From Trypethelium eluteriae (Eukaryota): a stretch of DNA of 44,791 nt. The notes under the pieces were generated by a model, which did not search any database, had not been told where the DNA came from, and was given only the letters and a program-made list of their open reading frames with translations. Each line of letters starts with the position of its first letter. Position 1 is the first letter of the stretch. The stretch covers positions 1 through 44,791 of the forward strand of contig JAVECL010000141.1 in the NCBI GenBank assembly GCA_051942245.1, read 5' to 3'. Position numbers and translations under genes: made by a program. This document shows positions 1 through 12,154 of this stretch, one piece after another.

Positions 1-140
1 CCTAGATCGCTCTATCCTGATCTGTGGCTTATCACCACTAATCAGTCACGTGACCTTTACTCGTTACGACCTGTCTGTGGAACGCTTGCAGCAAGTACAA
101 AGGAGATGGCGTTCAGCCTTGACGCGGCTGGGTCGTAACA
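1..140. mobile_element. Probable end of a retrotransposon LTR, truncated by the window start
   Basis: GC-normal stretch ending in GGTCGTAACA at 140 (an LTR-like terminus), with an inverted copy GTTACGACC at 63-71. It abuts the middle of a RIP'd transposase. The other end and the TSD are not visible. Confidence 0.45.
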
Positions 141-1632
141 AAAAAGCTTATAAGCAAGGTAAATTAATTAGTATTAAATAAAATAATAATAAAAATTGGA
201 TTACAGTACTTGCAGATATTTATATAAATAAAACTATATTATTTATTGGTTTAATACATTTAATAAATACTTTTAATATTTAAAACTTATGGCTTAAAGG
301 GTTTAATTTAAAGGAGGATATTATGTTTTTTGTAAGCTTATTAAGTAATTAAATAAATAAAGAATTAGGTATTAAATAATTAATTAATATTTTTAACTGC
401 TTTATAAAGCAGAAAGCTTAAAATAAAAAAATTCACAGCTTTTATTTATAAATAATTATAATAATTATTTATTTATAACCTTTTTAAATTACTGCTTAAA
501 ATATTAAATTTATATAATAAAGTTCTTACTTTATTTAACTTATTAACTTTAATTACTTAATATAAGCTTATTTAAATTATTAATAACTTATTATTTAGTA
601 AAGCTTAATAAGTAAATTATAAAGTATTATAGCTTAATTTACTTTTCTAAAAAAAAAATTTATTTTTATTTTAAAAAGGCTTAATAAGCTGCTTTTAAAA
701 AATTAAATATTTAAAGTAATTAAACTAAAATAGGGCTAAATTTACTTAATCCTTTTATAATACTTAATAAGTTATGCTAACCTTAATCTAAATAATTAAG
801 TAGTACTAAAAAGCTATTATTTATAAAAATTTAAAATTATTAATATATTAAAAACCTTATTAATTAAGTTTTAGGGCCTTAAAAATTATTTATTATTAAG
901 CAGCTTATAAATAGCTATTTTAGCCTTACTGCTAAAGTTAAGCTTTTAAATTACAAAATAATAAACCTTTATAAGACTGTATAATTATTATAAAGCTAAA
1001 AGTATAAACTTAAGCTAATATTTAAGCTATTTAAGGTTATAAAAGCTAAATTTTTATTATTAATAAGGATTTAAGTATAACTTAATAAAAAAAAGGCTAA
1101 AAAAATTAAATAAGCTTAAAAATTTGCTAAAAAGGAGGCTATAAAAACATAAAAGGTACTTAATAAATAAACCAAAGCACTTAAAATTAAGTAATAAAAG
1201 CATTAAGCAGCTATTATAAAAAAGGAGGCAGTAAAATAAAAGCGCTTAAAAGCCTTATAAAAGAAGCAGGCTTAGCAGCAAAATAAGGCTATTAAACAGC
1301 TTATAAACAAGCTATAAGCAGCTTAAAATACCACACCAAAAGCCTTATAATTACCTAATTTAGTAATTAAAAAGGTGGAAGTAATTAAGGCACCTAAAGT
1401 AAGCAGTGCGGATTCTTCTTATGCGCAACCTTGCCGGCAACCACAACTCCCACAGCAATTTAAGAGTTAATTCAACCTAATCAGTAAATAAAGCGCATTC
1501 AATAATACATTACATCTAGTTATCGCAATTTTTAATAGAGTGGTGGTGGAGTAATAATTAATTGAAAGGGTGGAGATTGGAAGGTGGTGCGCCTGCAGGA
1601 GGTGGTCGCCTGCAGGAGGTGGGAACCATGGA
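141..1632 (+). mobile_element. Heavily RIP-mutated Fot1/pogo-like DNA transposon, 3' part
   Basis: Extremely AT-rich with a TpA excess. The + strand retains DDE_1-like remnants (WITVLADI near 196-220). The right end has a TIR-like block with a 16-bp direct repeat CGCCTGCAGGAGGTGG (1590-1605, 1607-1622), followed by TA at 1633-1634. Confidence 0.8.
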
Positions 1633-2349
1633 TACGGTCCAAAATTCGGAAGGCCTTTAGACAATCGTCTTTCGATCAAAGGCGACCTGGGATGGAAGCA
1701 CTCCATAAGGTATACATTTATAGCTGGATATGATGGGGAGCAGCATCTTGCACTCCAAGTCGAAAGCACCAAGAAACTCTTCCCCGGCATGAACCTTCCT
1801 GAGCTTATAAAGCGACCTCCGAGCCCCTACCTTATTGAATTAGCACGAACTCTGCCTAGCTGCTATCATTATCGGAATGAGCTCATCGATCTTTGCGACT
1901 GCGCACTAATGCATCAAGATCCTCATCTCCAGGAAGCGCGGTTTTGCAGGAGATGTCTTTATTTGCGCCGCTGTCACAGTTGCGCGACAGAGTATTTTGT
2001 ACACATCGAGTCCCAGCACGACAAACCCGGTTGGAAGCCCGGCTATGGCATCTTAAAGATCACCCGTTGGTCAGATCTTGGCAATGCACAAACCCCCTTA
2101 ACATCGGAATGGAAAAGTGCAACTTCAAAGTATTTGCAGCTGCGAGATCAAGTATACGATATCCACGGCTTACACACAATACGACGCCGTTTCGGGGCAA
2201 GCCCCAGCCACGAGGTGTATGACCCAGTCGTAGTCCCAATTCCCTGGCAAGGTCCTTGCTATATCTCAACTCTCTATGCGCGTTACATAAAATCCCAGGA
2301 TATGGCCCCTACATGGGGCCTACGGAGCTTGCTGCCTACCTCGGTCTAA
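1633..2349 (+). pseudogene. C-terminal part of a host gene interrupted by the transposon; Cys-rich C-terminus resembling fungal F-box-type proteins
   Basis: Open frame from the TAC at the TA target site to the stop at 2349. CxxC motifs (CRRC, CHSCATEY) and WSDLG..TP....W. The first 21 codons of the predicted ORF (1570-1632) are transposon sequence. Confidence 0.5.
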
Positions 2350-3190
2350 TAATATGGTGCAGGTGGGCACTGCACTACGCATGTCGTACGACATGCGTGA
2401 GATTCTCCATACCACTCCAACTCACGAGATTAGATACCGCTACGAATAAACTCCGCATTGGAGGACCATGGTTGTGGTAAATGCTATCAGCAGTCAAGAT
2501 TGAGAATCATGACAGCCGCTTGTTGCTGGGACACAGTAAGGTTTGGAGCCATTGCTGGGAAGAAGCACGTAACACTCGTCGGGAGTTGCTCATCGTTTGG
2601 CATTAGTCCACAAGAAGCGTGTGCTCATCGTGTTGTAGACTTGGCATCTTGCAATGAGATGGAAGAATCGTTCTAAAAGCATCAGCGGATAAGGTACTGG
2701 CGGCTGCTCAAACGTTGTTGCGGGCTTCTATGCACGCAGGTGCAAGAGGTCTGGATATTGTAAATGGAGAATCATATAGAGACGTGAACTGATTTCCATA
2801 GATGAAGGCTGCGAGATTGCCAAGCTGCGCCCTTGAGTAATTGAAAGTACGAACCTTAGCTGCATTATGGTAAGATATTCAGCGACCAAAGCTCCGAACG
2901 CTTAGGTAACTCCGTACGTGGGTACCTAGCCGCAAATCTTGACTAACCTATCATGGAGGCTTATTGATAGGTAAAGTCGGTTCCTTGCTAAATGCTGTGG
3001 CAAGCGGCCGGATTTCACCTGAGGCAGCAAAGTCAAGCACAAGAGATGAACGCTACTTGCGGTCTGGCCTTCAGCCAATCGTGTGTACGTATACGCGCGG
3101 CTGGGACGCCAAGCGCAACAGCAAGAAAAAGCATTTGCTAGGTCATAGCTGCGATGAGGCTGGGTTTCGCAGTAGAGTAAACGAACTCAT

Positions 3191-3238
3191 CCTTTCATCG
3201 CACCTTTTGCCTTTCATCACACCTTTTGCCTTTCATCA
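3191..3238. repeat. 19-bp tandem repeat, about 2.5 copies
   Basis: CCTTTCATC(G/A)CACCTTTTG at 3191, 3210 and partially at 3229, upstream of the PNP gene ATG. Confidence 0.85.
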
Positions 3239-3347
3239 TTAATTCATCATTCAGAGAACGAAAAGCCCGGTGCGAAGTTCCTATCGTAAGGCGAGTGTTG
3301 ACATCCAGGGTTTTCAAGATGGCAGCCCGCCTAAGACGCGACTGCTA

Positions 3348-5505
3348 GGAGTATCCACGGGTCCGTGCAACCCACGGGTATCTGCAACACCAAGCTGCCG
3401 CTTCCAAGCAGCCCTTCCACCTCCATTATCTCAACAACCACAACAGCTATTAATTAAATAATTATATGGTGATAATTGAAGGGGTCTATTGAAGTGTTCT
3501 GTAACCTTAATTTAATCTAAAAGGCGTTGTGGTTGGCGTCAGGTGTGCGAAGGTCGACCTGATAATCGCAAACCTCCGGCTTCAGATAACTTTATATAAT
3601 GCGAATTTGGCTTGGAGGTTTAAGCACTAAATAACCCCATAAATGCCTGCAGAGACTTTTTATGAGATTTAGCCTCATTGCGGAGCTGCTGAGTTGCCTG
3701 CTGCTGCTTAAGAGCCTTTTAACACTGCTGCTTTTTTTGAGTGTTTTGCTCTGACTTTTAAATTCGCTGCTGCTGCCTCTCTAACTTATGCTTATGCTTT
3801 AGTTGCTCTTAAACTCTTTTGTGTTGTTGTTGTTCCACTTTTTGAGCCTCTTTTTGCAGCTACTAAGTCTCTAATTCCTGCTCTTTATTAGCTGCAGCTG
3901 CCTACCGGGCTTTAATCTTTGCTGGTAAGAGGAATTGCGCGAGGTTATTATTATCTTCTTTAAGGAGCAATAACAGCTTCTTATTTTAATAGCGGCAAGT
4001 TTTCTCTTACTTTAGAGACTGTTATAGGTATAAATTCTTATACTTAAGGATCTTGTTTTGGGCTTAAAAGTAAAGGATTATATCGCTAACTGCCACCTTA
4101 GCGGCATTAGGATTTGGGCTAAAAACCTTGCGTGTAAACCTTTATACTTTAATAATATTGTTTAAAGACCTAATAAAAGCTTTAATTTGGCTTAAGAAAG
4201 GCCTGCTTAGCTATTTCTTAACCTTATTAAGTACAATATTAGGATTAAATAGCTATAATCCAGTTTTCTTTTAAGCACTCTTAATAACCTTAAAAGTAAG
4301 CACCTTTTGGTGTGTGTACTAAAACAACCTTAAGAAGTCTCTTTTTATTACTTCCATTAAGCCTGCTGCTATACAAAGTATATAGTTAAGTGCTTATAAG
4401 TAATAATTCGCCAAGGGGCTAAAATAGCTTATATTAAGTGGCTAAAGTTAATAAGTTAAATAAAGTAAAAAAACCACAATATTAATTTAAGCTGCCATAG
4501 TGTAGTTTAAAAAGGTGTCAGAGATGTAAAAGCTATAGCTATTAACTATTAAAAGTCTTTCTTTAAGGCTATTTGCAGCCTTTGCCTTTATAAATTAATT
4601 AAAAACATTCTTAAGCCAATTAAGATTATAAGCCTTAGAGGTTTATCCTAAGTCTGAACAGCCAAAAAAGCACTCTTAGTCTTTAAGATTCTAAAATTAG
4701 GTATCTTAATAATTACCTTGCTTTACTTTATAAATAATACTAAGTGGAATGTATAAGCTATTTATATAAATACAGTTAATAACAGTAATCTATTTTTTAT
4801 TATTAAATTAAATAAATCCAAGCACTCTACCGGCCTTAAAAGCAGCCTTACTAAAAACTTTTTTAACTTTTTATTGCTGGCTAATAAGGAAGCCTTTTTC
4901 ATCCATATTATAAATATTCTATAAAAGGACTTAATAGTTGCTAAAAAAGCTCTTAAATTAGCAAATTATTATTTTAAATACTAATAGTTTAACCCTACTT
5001 ACTTAGTTAAAGTATAATTTATAACTGTAATAATTATCTGCCTTCTTTTGCTCTATATTAAATAGTTAAATATAGCCATTATAAAGCTTATTTTTATGTT
5101 ACTTTATAAAGGTTATAGCCCAGTTAACTCCAGGCTGTTTTTTAGCAATAATAGCAGCCCAGTTATGTACCATTTAAGGTGTTAGTAAAGTACCTTAATC
5201 TGTAGCTTTATTAATTTAAGCAATAAGATCCATTTCCTGTTGGTGCTAAAGCAACGCGTTGGTGTGATTCCACACATTACCTCTTGGCACTGTTTGGCCA
5301 ACTTTGTGCCGCCAAGCCGTTAAACAATAAACTTTTTTCTCAATTTTTGGTAGAATCTCTTCGCCAGGCTCTTGCGAATTCGATGCTGTAATTAGCTGAT
5401 CAATCAGATCCATGGTTGTGGATATATTCAATTTTGAAGGTGGTGGTGCGCAACGCGGAGCGGTGTTGCAGATACCCGTGGGTTGCACGGACCCGTGGAT
5501 ACTCC
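3348..5505 (-). mobile_element. Full-length, RIP-inactivated Fot1/pogo (Tc1-mariner superfamily) DNA transposon, 2158 bp
   Basis: Perfect 44-bp TIRs (3348-3391 GGAGTATCCACGGGTCCGTGCAACCCACGGGTATCTGCAACACC and its reverse complement at 5462-5505). TA duplication at 3346-47 and 5506-07. Minus-strand transposase starts at 5413 (MDLIDQLITA..SQEPGEE) with NIYNMDEKGFLI near 4885-4920 and many TAA/TAG stops. Confidence 0.95.
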
Positions 5506-7908
5506 TACACGGTCGGGTGGGTGTGCGCCTTGCCAATCGAGCTTGCGGCAGCAGAGGCCATGCTAGATGAACTACACAACGACCTCCCTCAGGACAACGA
5601 TGATGATAACACGTACACCCTCGGAAATATTGGTAATCATTATATCGTCCTTGCATGTCTACCCGCAGGCCAGACTGGTACGAACTCTGCCGCGGCGGTC
5701 GCAATGCAGATGAAATCTACATTCCGCGCGATTCGATTTGGGCTTATGGTTGGGATTGGAGGTGGTGTTCCTGGTATAAAAGCAGACATTCGGCTTGGTG
5801 ATATTGTAATAAGCCAGCCGGGCAATGGTTATGGGGGGGTAATCCAGTATGACTTTGGAAAGTCAACACCGAGTGGGATTGAGCGAATAGGCTTCCCAAA
5901 TACTCCACCTCGAATCCTCCTTACCGCTGTTTCAAAGCTAAGAGCAAATAACGACCTGGGAAAAAGTCATATCCTGGATTACATTTCGACTCTTAGTCGC
6001 CTTCCTAAATTTAGGCGCGAACAAGCAGGCGACGATACACTATTTGAAGCGGTTTATAACCATGTTGGTGGGAATAACTACTCATCATGCAACAACGCTA
6101 AAAAGCTACGGCGTAGTGTACGGCTAGTGGATACACCTAAAATTCACTACGGCACGATCGCATCAGGAAATCTAGTGATAAGAGACGGCGCTACAAGAGA
6201 CCGTATTAGTACTGAACTTGGAGAGGTGTTGTGCTTCGAGATGGAGGCGGCAGGCCTAATGAATAATTTCCCATGCTTAGTGATCCGTGGAATCTGCGAC
6301 TACGCCGACTCACATAAGAACAAGAGATGGCAGCCGTATGCGGCTGGAACCGCGGCAGCATACGCAAAGGAGCTGCTTCAAGTAATACCTGAGGCAGAGG
6401 TGAGGGAGACACGGACGATTGAAGCGCAAATCTCCTCCAGCGATGGTACAGTGTTTATCGGTGATAAGATTAACATCAGTATAGTATCCATGTCCAAAAG
6501 AGGTTTCCAGTAATATTGATTCTAGGTCAACGAGTTCAGCTCACATTACCACCGTGCGACCTTTAGCCCGATCTCTCTACCGTTGCTTTCTTACCTCTTC
6601 CGATCAGTTCAGACCTATACAAGATGACCTCGCGCGTCTTATTACCATACTCGGAGCAATCACGGAAGAAAGTACGGACTTCCACATTGATTGCGAGAAG
6701 GAACCTGCACTATGTAAACTTGCACAAGACTTACATCAGATCTTAGATGAACTTCTCAAGTTCAAAGAACATTACGATTCAGTCGGAACTCAGACACAAA
6801 GAATATGGGAGTGGCAGCAGTGGCGGACGGAGGAGCTATCGGAGATCAGATCAAGGCTAACGACCACTATATCTACGCTCAACACGGTGTACATCAAGTT
6901 AATTCAGTAAGCTTGCACGAAAACAGAAATAAATGCTGCTCTGATTCCCTTCTAGTTCTTCAACCAAAATGGTAATGGTTAAGCTTGACACGTTCATGGA
7001 TGAACTTCGGTCTGGGAAACGCGAAGGTTCTGTGGTGACACATCATACTACAAGCTCGCTTTCAGCTGATGAAAAGGAGGCATGGCGACAACTACGTAAA
7101 GAGTTAGAGGGCATTGGCATTACGCCTGCACTTTTCAACCAGCATCACGAAATCATTACCGCCAGACTTCAAGAAGCTATCGAAAAAGGAGATCTTATCG
7201 AGACTCCCAAGGAGGAACTTTCCGAGAACAGAGAAGGGTGTAATAGCAAATTATCTCTAAACTTTGGAGATCGGGGTTTCGGTACTGAAGACTCAGAAGA
7301 TGAGCATCTAGCTTCTATGGTCCTAAAAGACGCAGCCGTTTTCCAGCCCCGTAATCCGAGAACTAACATCCGACTACCTACTGCGACCCCTGCTTCGCTC
7401 TTCAGAGGACCAAATCGAATTACGAGATTGTTGTCCAGGATTACCAACGGTGGGGTAAGACTGATAGAAGCAGCTGAGCAGGGCAATGAGCTTCTCGTTC
7501 GAGAATTGCTTCAGAAAGGCGCCGATATCAACTGGATGGATTCGTGCGACCGGACGCCATTATTGTGGGCAGCGATGGCCGGGCACGAGGCTGTTGTGAG
7601 GCTGCTGCTGTTGAAGACAGGCAAGGTCGACGTCGACTCCAGGGATCGGGACGGCGTGACACCACTCTCGGCGGCGGTGAGGCATGGGCACGAGGCTGTT
7701 GTGAAGCTGCTGTTCGACGCGGGCAAGGTCGACGTCAACTCTAGGGACCGGGAAGGTAAGACACCACTATGGCGGGCGGTGTTGGGTGGGCGTACGGGTG
7801 TTTTGAGGCTGCTGCTCGACACTGGGATGGTCGACGTCAACTCTGGGAATCAGGACGGTACTACACCCCTATGGTTGGCGGTAACGATGGCGTTTAGTAA
7901 TGGGCACA

Positions 7909-8140
7909 CGGATATTGTGAGGCTGCTGCTCGACACGGGGATGGCCGATGTCAACTCTAAGCCTCCGAACAGTTTAACACCATTAATGAATGCGGTAATG
8001 GGCGGGCGTGCGGATATTGTAAAGCTGCTGCTCGACACGGGGATGGCCGATGTCAACTCTAAGCCTCCGAACAGTTTAAAACCATTAATGAATGCGGTAA
8101 TGGGCGGGCGTGCGGATATTGTAAAGCTACTGCTCGACAC
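7909..8140 (+). repeat. Near-identical 102-bp (34-aa) ankyrin repeat units
   Basis: Units 7909-8010 and 8011-8112 differ at 3 of 102 nt; a third partial unit starts at 8113. Confidence 0.95.
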
Positions 8141-9464
8141 AGGTAAGATTGATATTAACTACGTGAGTCAGGACCGCCTGACACCCCTGGCGGCGGCGAG
8201 GTTAGGTGGGCATACGGATATTATGAGACTGCTTTCTCAACCTCCGTCCCACCCATCACCTTCAGTTTAATGCCCTTTATATACCCTTAAAATTGCACTC
8301 GAACATCATTTTGATCTGAAAGCATATCAGTAAGCAGCTCTAGAGGTGTTTGCATTCATCATATGACAACAGAAGCTTATCAATAGTCGATCAATGTTGC
8401 TTACATTCCAGATGCCTGCAACGCTTGATGGTGAAGACCACTGCGCACACGCACGGCTCAAGTATGTCGTAACACTGATACCCGATGCGGAGGGGTAGGC
8501 TTGAAGGCTTGTTTGTAGACTTGAGTCAATAACTGTAGTGAGGTAAAGATAATTTAGTCAAGTCACTGTTAGAAAAATAAGGTCATGGGTCGTATTTGTG
8601 ACTGGTCATGATTTGCCTGCGCAACTTCACGCAAACAAATAGTATGAGTTATGTGCGAACCCTTCCAGGGTGCGCAAGGAAGGAAAGTTGAGAGGTTGCG
8701 TAGACCAGACACTGATTTAGCAAAAATCTATATTGTTCGCCGGAAAGGCGCTATCAAAGCTCTCAAAATGCTTGAAGTCAGGACAGGACCGGGCGGGTCC
8801 ATACCGTTTCTAACGTTAGAGGAAATCATGTTAAAGGCATTTTAATATAGGGGATACCAGTAAAATTGTGGAGATAAAGTAGAGAGCATATATCTTAGAA
8901 GTGGTCGTATTCTTATACTTAGGTAGGCCGAGCCAAAGCCCTTTACGACGCCGGCGCTCGTTAAACTTTCATTAAGCCTCCTAAGACAGATTACTGTGGG
9001 TAGTTCTACCTGCCGTGGGTTGGCTGCATGGAGTCAAGGACTCTGCTTAAGATCCCCATCTCGATCTAGACAACCGAATTCAATTCCGGCTGCAGACGAG
9101 CAGCCTTTCTTATAGGCAGCGATCAATTACAGATCAAATTGATTCGAATTTGCCCGTTTGCCACTTTCAAAACGTTAAGAACCCTTGAACATGGGGATGC
9201 GTGATCAACGTGCCAGCTTTCAATGGATCAAGGAAAACATTTGTGCATTCGGCGGCGACCCCTGAGCGCAATATAGCGTACGGGTTAAGTGCTGGCGGAA
9301 CCTTTTTTTCCCTTCAATACTTCGCACATGAAGGGACATAGGGCATACCTTTCCAGCGAGCCTGTACAATGTCTGCACCACTTTGCTTCCAAACTTTCGG
9401 CGTAGTCCGCGAGTACGTGACTCTAGATGTACAGGATAATATGAGTGCATTGAAGGACTTCTCA

Positions 9465-10580
9465 CTAGCTAAGAACAGGCCAGCCATTCGAGTAAGAGAT
9501 GTGATTGTACCCAAGTCTTGTGTCTCCGTCATTAAGACTGACAGACTTATCCACTATCATAACAACGTTAGTTCCAGTTCTCGTAGTCAGACCTCGCAGA
9601 TGCATGTGGACTCACAGTAATGATAGTAAAGAATGTCAGTACCGTCCGCTGCTGTGACGACTCCTTGACCCCCTGGAGCGTAGACGTTGCCATTTGACCC
9701 CATGATAGTCGTGCCGCCCCCCTGAGCCATATCTTTACCGCTTTGATCAAGGAAAGGCCCAGTGACACTAGTGGACCGGCCGACAATGATCTTGTATCTG
9801 ATCTTCTAGTCAGTCTACTACGGCCACATAAATGCAAGGCACATAATGATAACAAAAGAGGAGAGCTTACTCAGTGCCTGCCGCAGGCAAGGCGTTGGCA
9901 TTGAACCCGCAGCACTGTCCGTGACTGACCCATAAGTAGTAATATGGGGCATGATAGCTCATATAGCTCCCTTCTTCCGGTCTATTTCCGGAGGGGTCTT
10001 CGCTGATCATTTTCGCACTGGACGCAGACCCTGGCGTTGCCAAACCTGACTGTAACGGGACTTGCCAGATGTCAGCCCAGAAACTACCCCAATTTAAGTA
10101 AGCACTGCCACTAGGTGTGACGATCAAGTTGGGGTCAATGGCGTTGGTGATTGTGTAAGGAGATGTGGACCCTGGGCTAGAGATGACAGCACCATGGTCG
10201 GTCCAGGATCCAACATTAAGGCTGGAAGAAGTGGCGAGACCAATGACGCTGGTCTGAGAGCCGAAGTTGCTGGCAGCATAGTAGAGATAATAGAGTCCAT
10301 TTACTTGGTGTAGGTCAGGGGCCCAGAGATCTGTCTTGCCAGGGTTGTTAATATTTGGGGCGGAGGAAAAGACAGTCCCTTGGTGAGCCCATGGACCACT
10401 GATTGAGTCAGCTTTCCAATAGTTAAGGAGTCCTCCTGTCGAGAAAGCGTAGTATTTGCCCGAATTCTGAACAATGGCGGGATCATGAACTTGTAGATTC
10501 GCATAGTTGGTACTTGGGAAAGCAAGTGACAACGAGGGTAAGGTAAGAAGAAGACATAAGTCTGTCAAAGAAGCTCGCAT
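9465..10580 (-). CDS. Secreted GH43 endo-1,5-alpha-L-arabinanase (AbnA-like), 3 exons
   Basis: Signal peptide; VHDPAI, WAPD, NAIDPN, EEGSY, GQCCG, YAPGGQG motifs; C-terminus GWPVLS*. Introns 9798-9870 and 9554-9615 restore one frame. Confidence 0.92.
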
Positions 10581-12154
10581 GATAGTTGGAGAGACCTAGT
10601 AGGACTGAAAGAGAAGTGGTTTGTATCAAAGGGTATACAGCAAGACAAGACAGAGGAAGAAAATTTTCCGACAAGCAAGAGACAGTTTAGACAAGAATCT
10701 CAACTGCTTTTTGTTTTTTGATTGCCAAACGTGGCGGAAACGGTGAAGCCGAAGGAGACACCTTTCTTCCTTATACTGTGTCAAGCTCATATAATTCTTC
10801 CGTGAACAACCCCTGTCCTTTTCTCTTTTCTCGGAAACGGTCATTGTAAAATATCGGCGAAGAAGCACTTTACTGTAGAAGGGAACCTTTACATGAAGAG
10901 AGGTTAGTATGCAAGATAATCCCACAGGAGGATTGGAGGAAACGTTTCGAAACATGAAATCAAGACCGTTGATTGAGACAGGGGACTCCTGGACTGCTGA
11001 CTCTGTCACGAGCCTTGTTAGTAAACACCAGCGTGCATGCAACATAGTCAAATGTTTATTTAACCCTTCGGAGAAGCCGGCAAAAAGGGAATAGGTTCCG
11101 TCTTCACTTCCGCATAGGGGCCGGAGAAATATGCGGGGTAGGTTACATTAGTACATCAGTACCGTAGCTACCAAAATAGGTCCACCCAATAACGGAATGA
11201 AGCACATGTTTGGGACACTAGGGTATCATACTTGAAAGAATATGGGCCTTCTATTGGCGGGACTTGCCTTGTGACATATATGCAGCACCGAATTGCTGCA
11301 CTTATCAGCCTACAATTGTCCTTCAGCAAAAGAGTGAGCCAACAGGCCGTACGCCCCTTGGATTACCATTATTCTCGTAGATTTGCCTTGCCCTGGTAAT
11401 TCCGCCTAATTGGTGATACCTTAGTCTGCTGATATTCGGCTGGAAGCTCCATAGTACCGTTGCTATCGCTGTGCAACCATGCCTTTCGCTATGCTAATCC
11501 CGTACAGGGGGTTGCGAATGAAACATGTGCCTCGGCTCTTCGAATGAATGCTCAGGGTTGGGAGTTGCGAAGCGCTGTAGCGACAGGGACGACAGTGCTG
11601 TGATGGCCCGATGCCCGAAGGTGTACCAGAGAAAAAAACAGCAGGAATTTGAACACAGACTAGAATTTGAAGCACTTCGTGGCAACGTGAGAATGATGAG
11701 GTTCACTGCTTCGTTGGAAGTGAGGGTAAGATACTAGACACAAGAGCCTGCTGGAGGAAGACTTCCTTAAGAAACATGAATTGGTCGTAGGAACGAGTAT
11801 CAGAATCTCACTTTGCAAGGAACGAACCTGTGAGAACTGCCTTTTTTCCAAACCAAAACACGAAGTTTAGATCGATATCCTTTAGCGCGCGATTGAGCTA
11901 GTCTGTTAACAATAATCTAGTCAAGCCCACTGTCCTATCTCACTCCAGCTTGGATGGTCTTTGATGCAGGTAATGTTCTGGCTTGGTCCTTTCACACAGG
12001 CAATCAGACTCTTTTATCTGTGCTCCAGGATATGGGAATGCTGATACTCAGTAATGAGATGATGTTTTTTTCTCCAGGAAAACTGAAAGTTCATGCATTC
12101 ATCAGGGCATGAAAACGCAGACCAGGTACTGTACTCTTTACAGCTTTCTCTGGT

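Larger units (their letters stand above)
3319..8270 (+). pseudogene. Transposon-disrupted NLR-like gene: PNP_UDP_1 nucleoside phosphorylase domain + HeLo-like helical domain + about 8 ankyrin repeats
   Basis: ATG at 3319 gives MAARLRRDC-Y; after removing the TE the frame continues TVGWVCALPIELAAA. PNP motifs LMVGIGGG, DIRLGDIVIS, FEMEAAG, IRGICDYADSHKNKRWQPYAA. Helical segment 6540-6906 joins 6956-8270 through a 49-bp GTAAGC..CTAG intron (6907-6955). Ankyrin repeats (TPL..A...G...V.LLL). The first intron (about 6446-6539) is not firmly resolved. Confidence 0.85.

Noticed and set aside
1467..1790. 107-aa minus-strand ORF
   Set aside because: Spans the TE end and is antisense to the host-gene remnant; no motifs.
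5416..5507. Predicted N-terminus MWIYSILK... of the 365-aa ORF
   Set aside because: It is read-through of the transposon's right end from a GTG; the real start is at 3319.
7169..8140. Several Ser-rich, repetitive minus-strand ORFs
   Set aside because: Antisense shadows of the ankyrin-coding exon.
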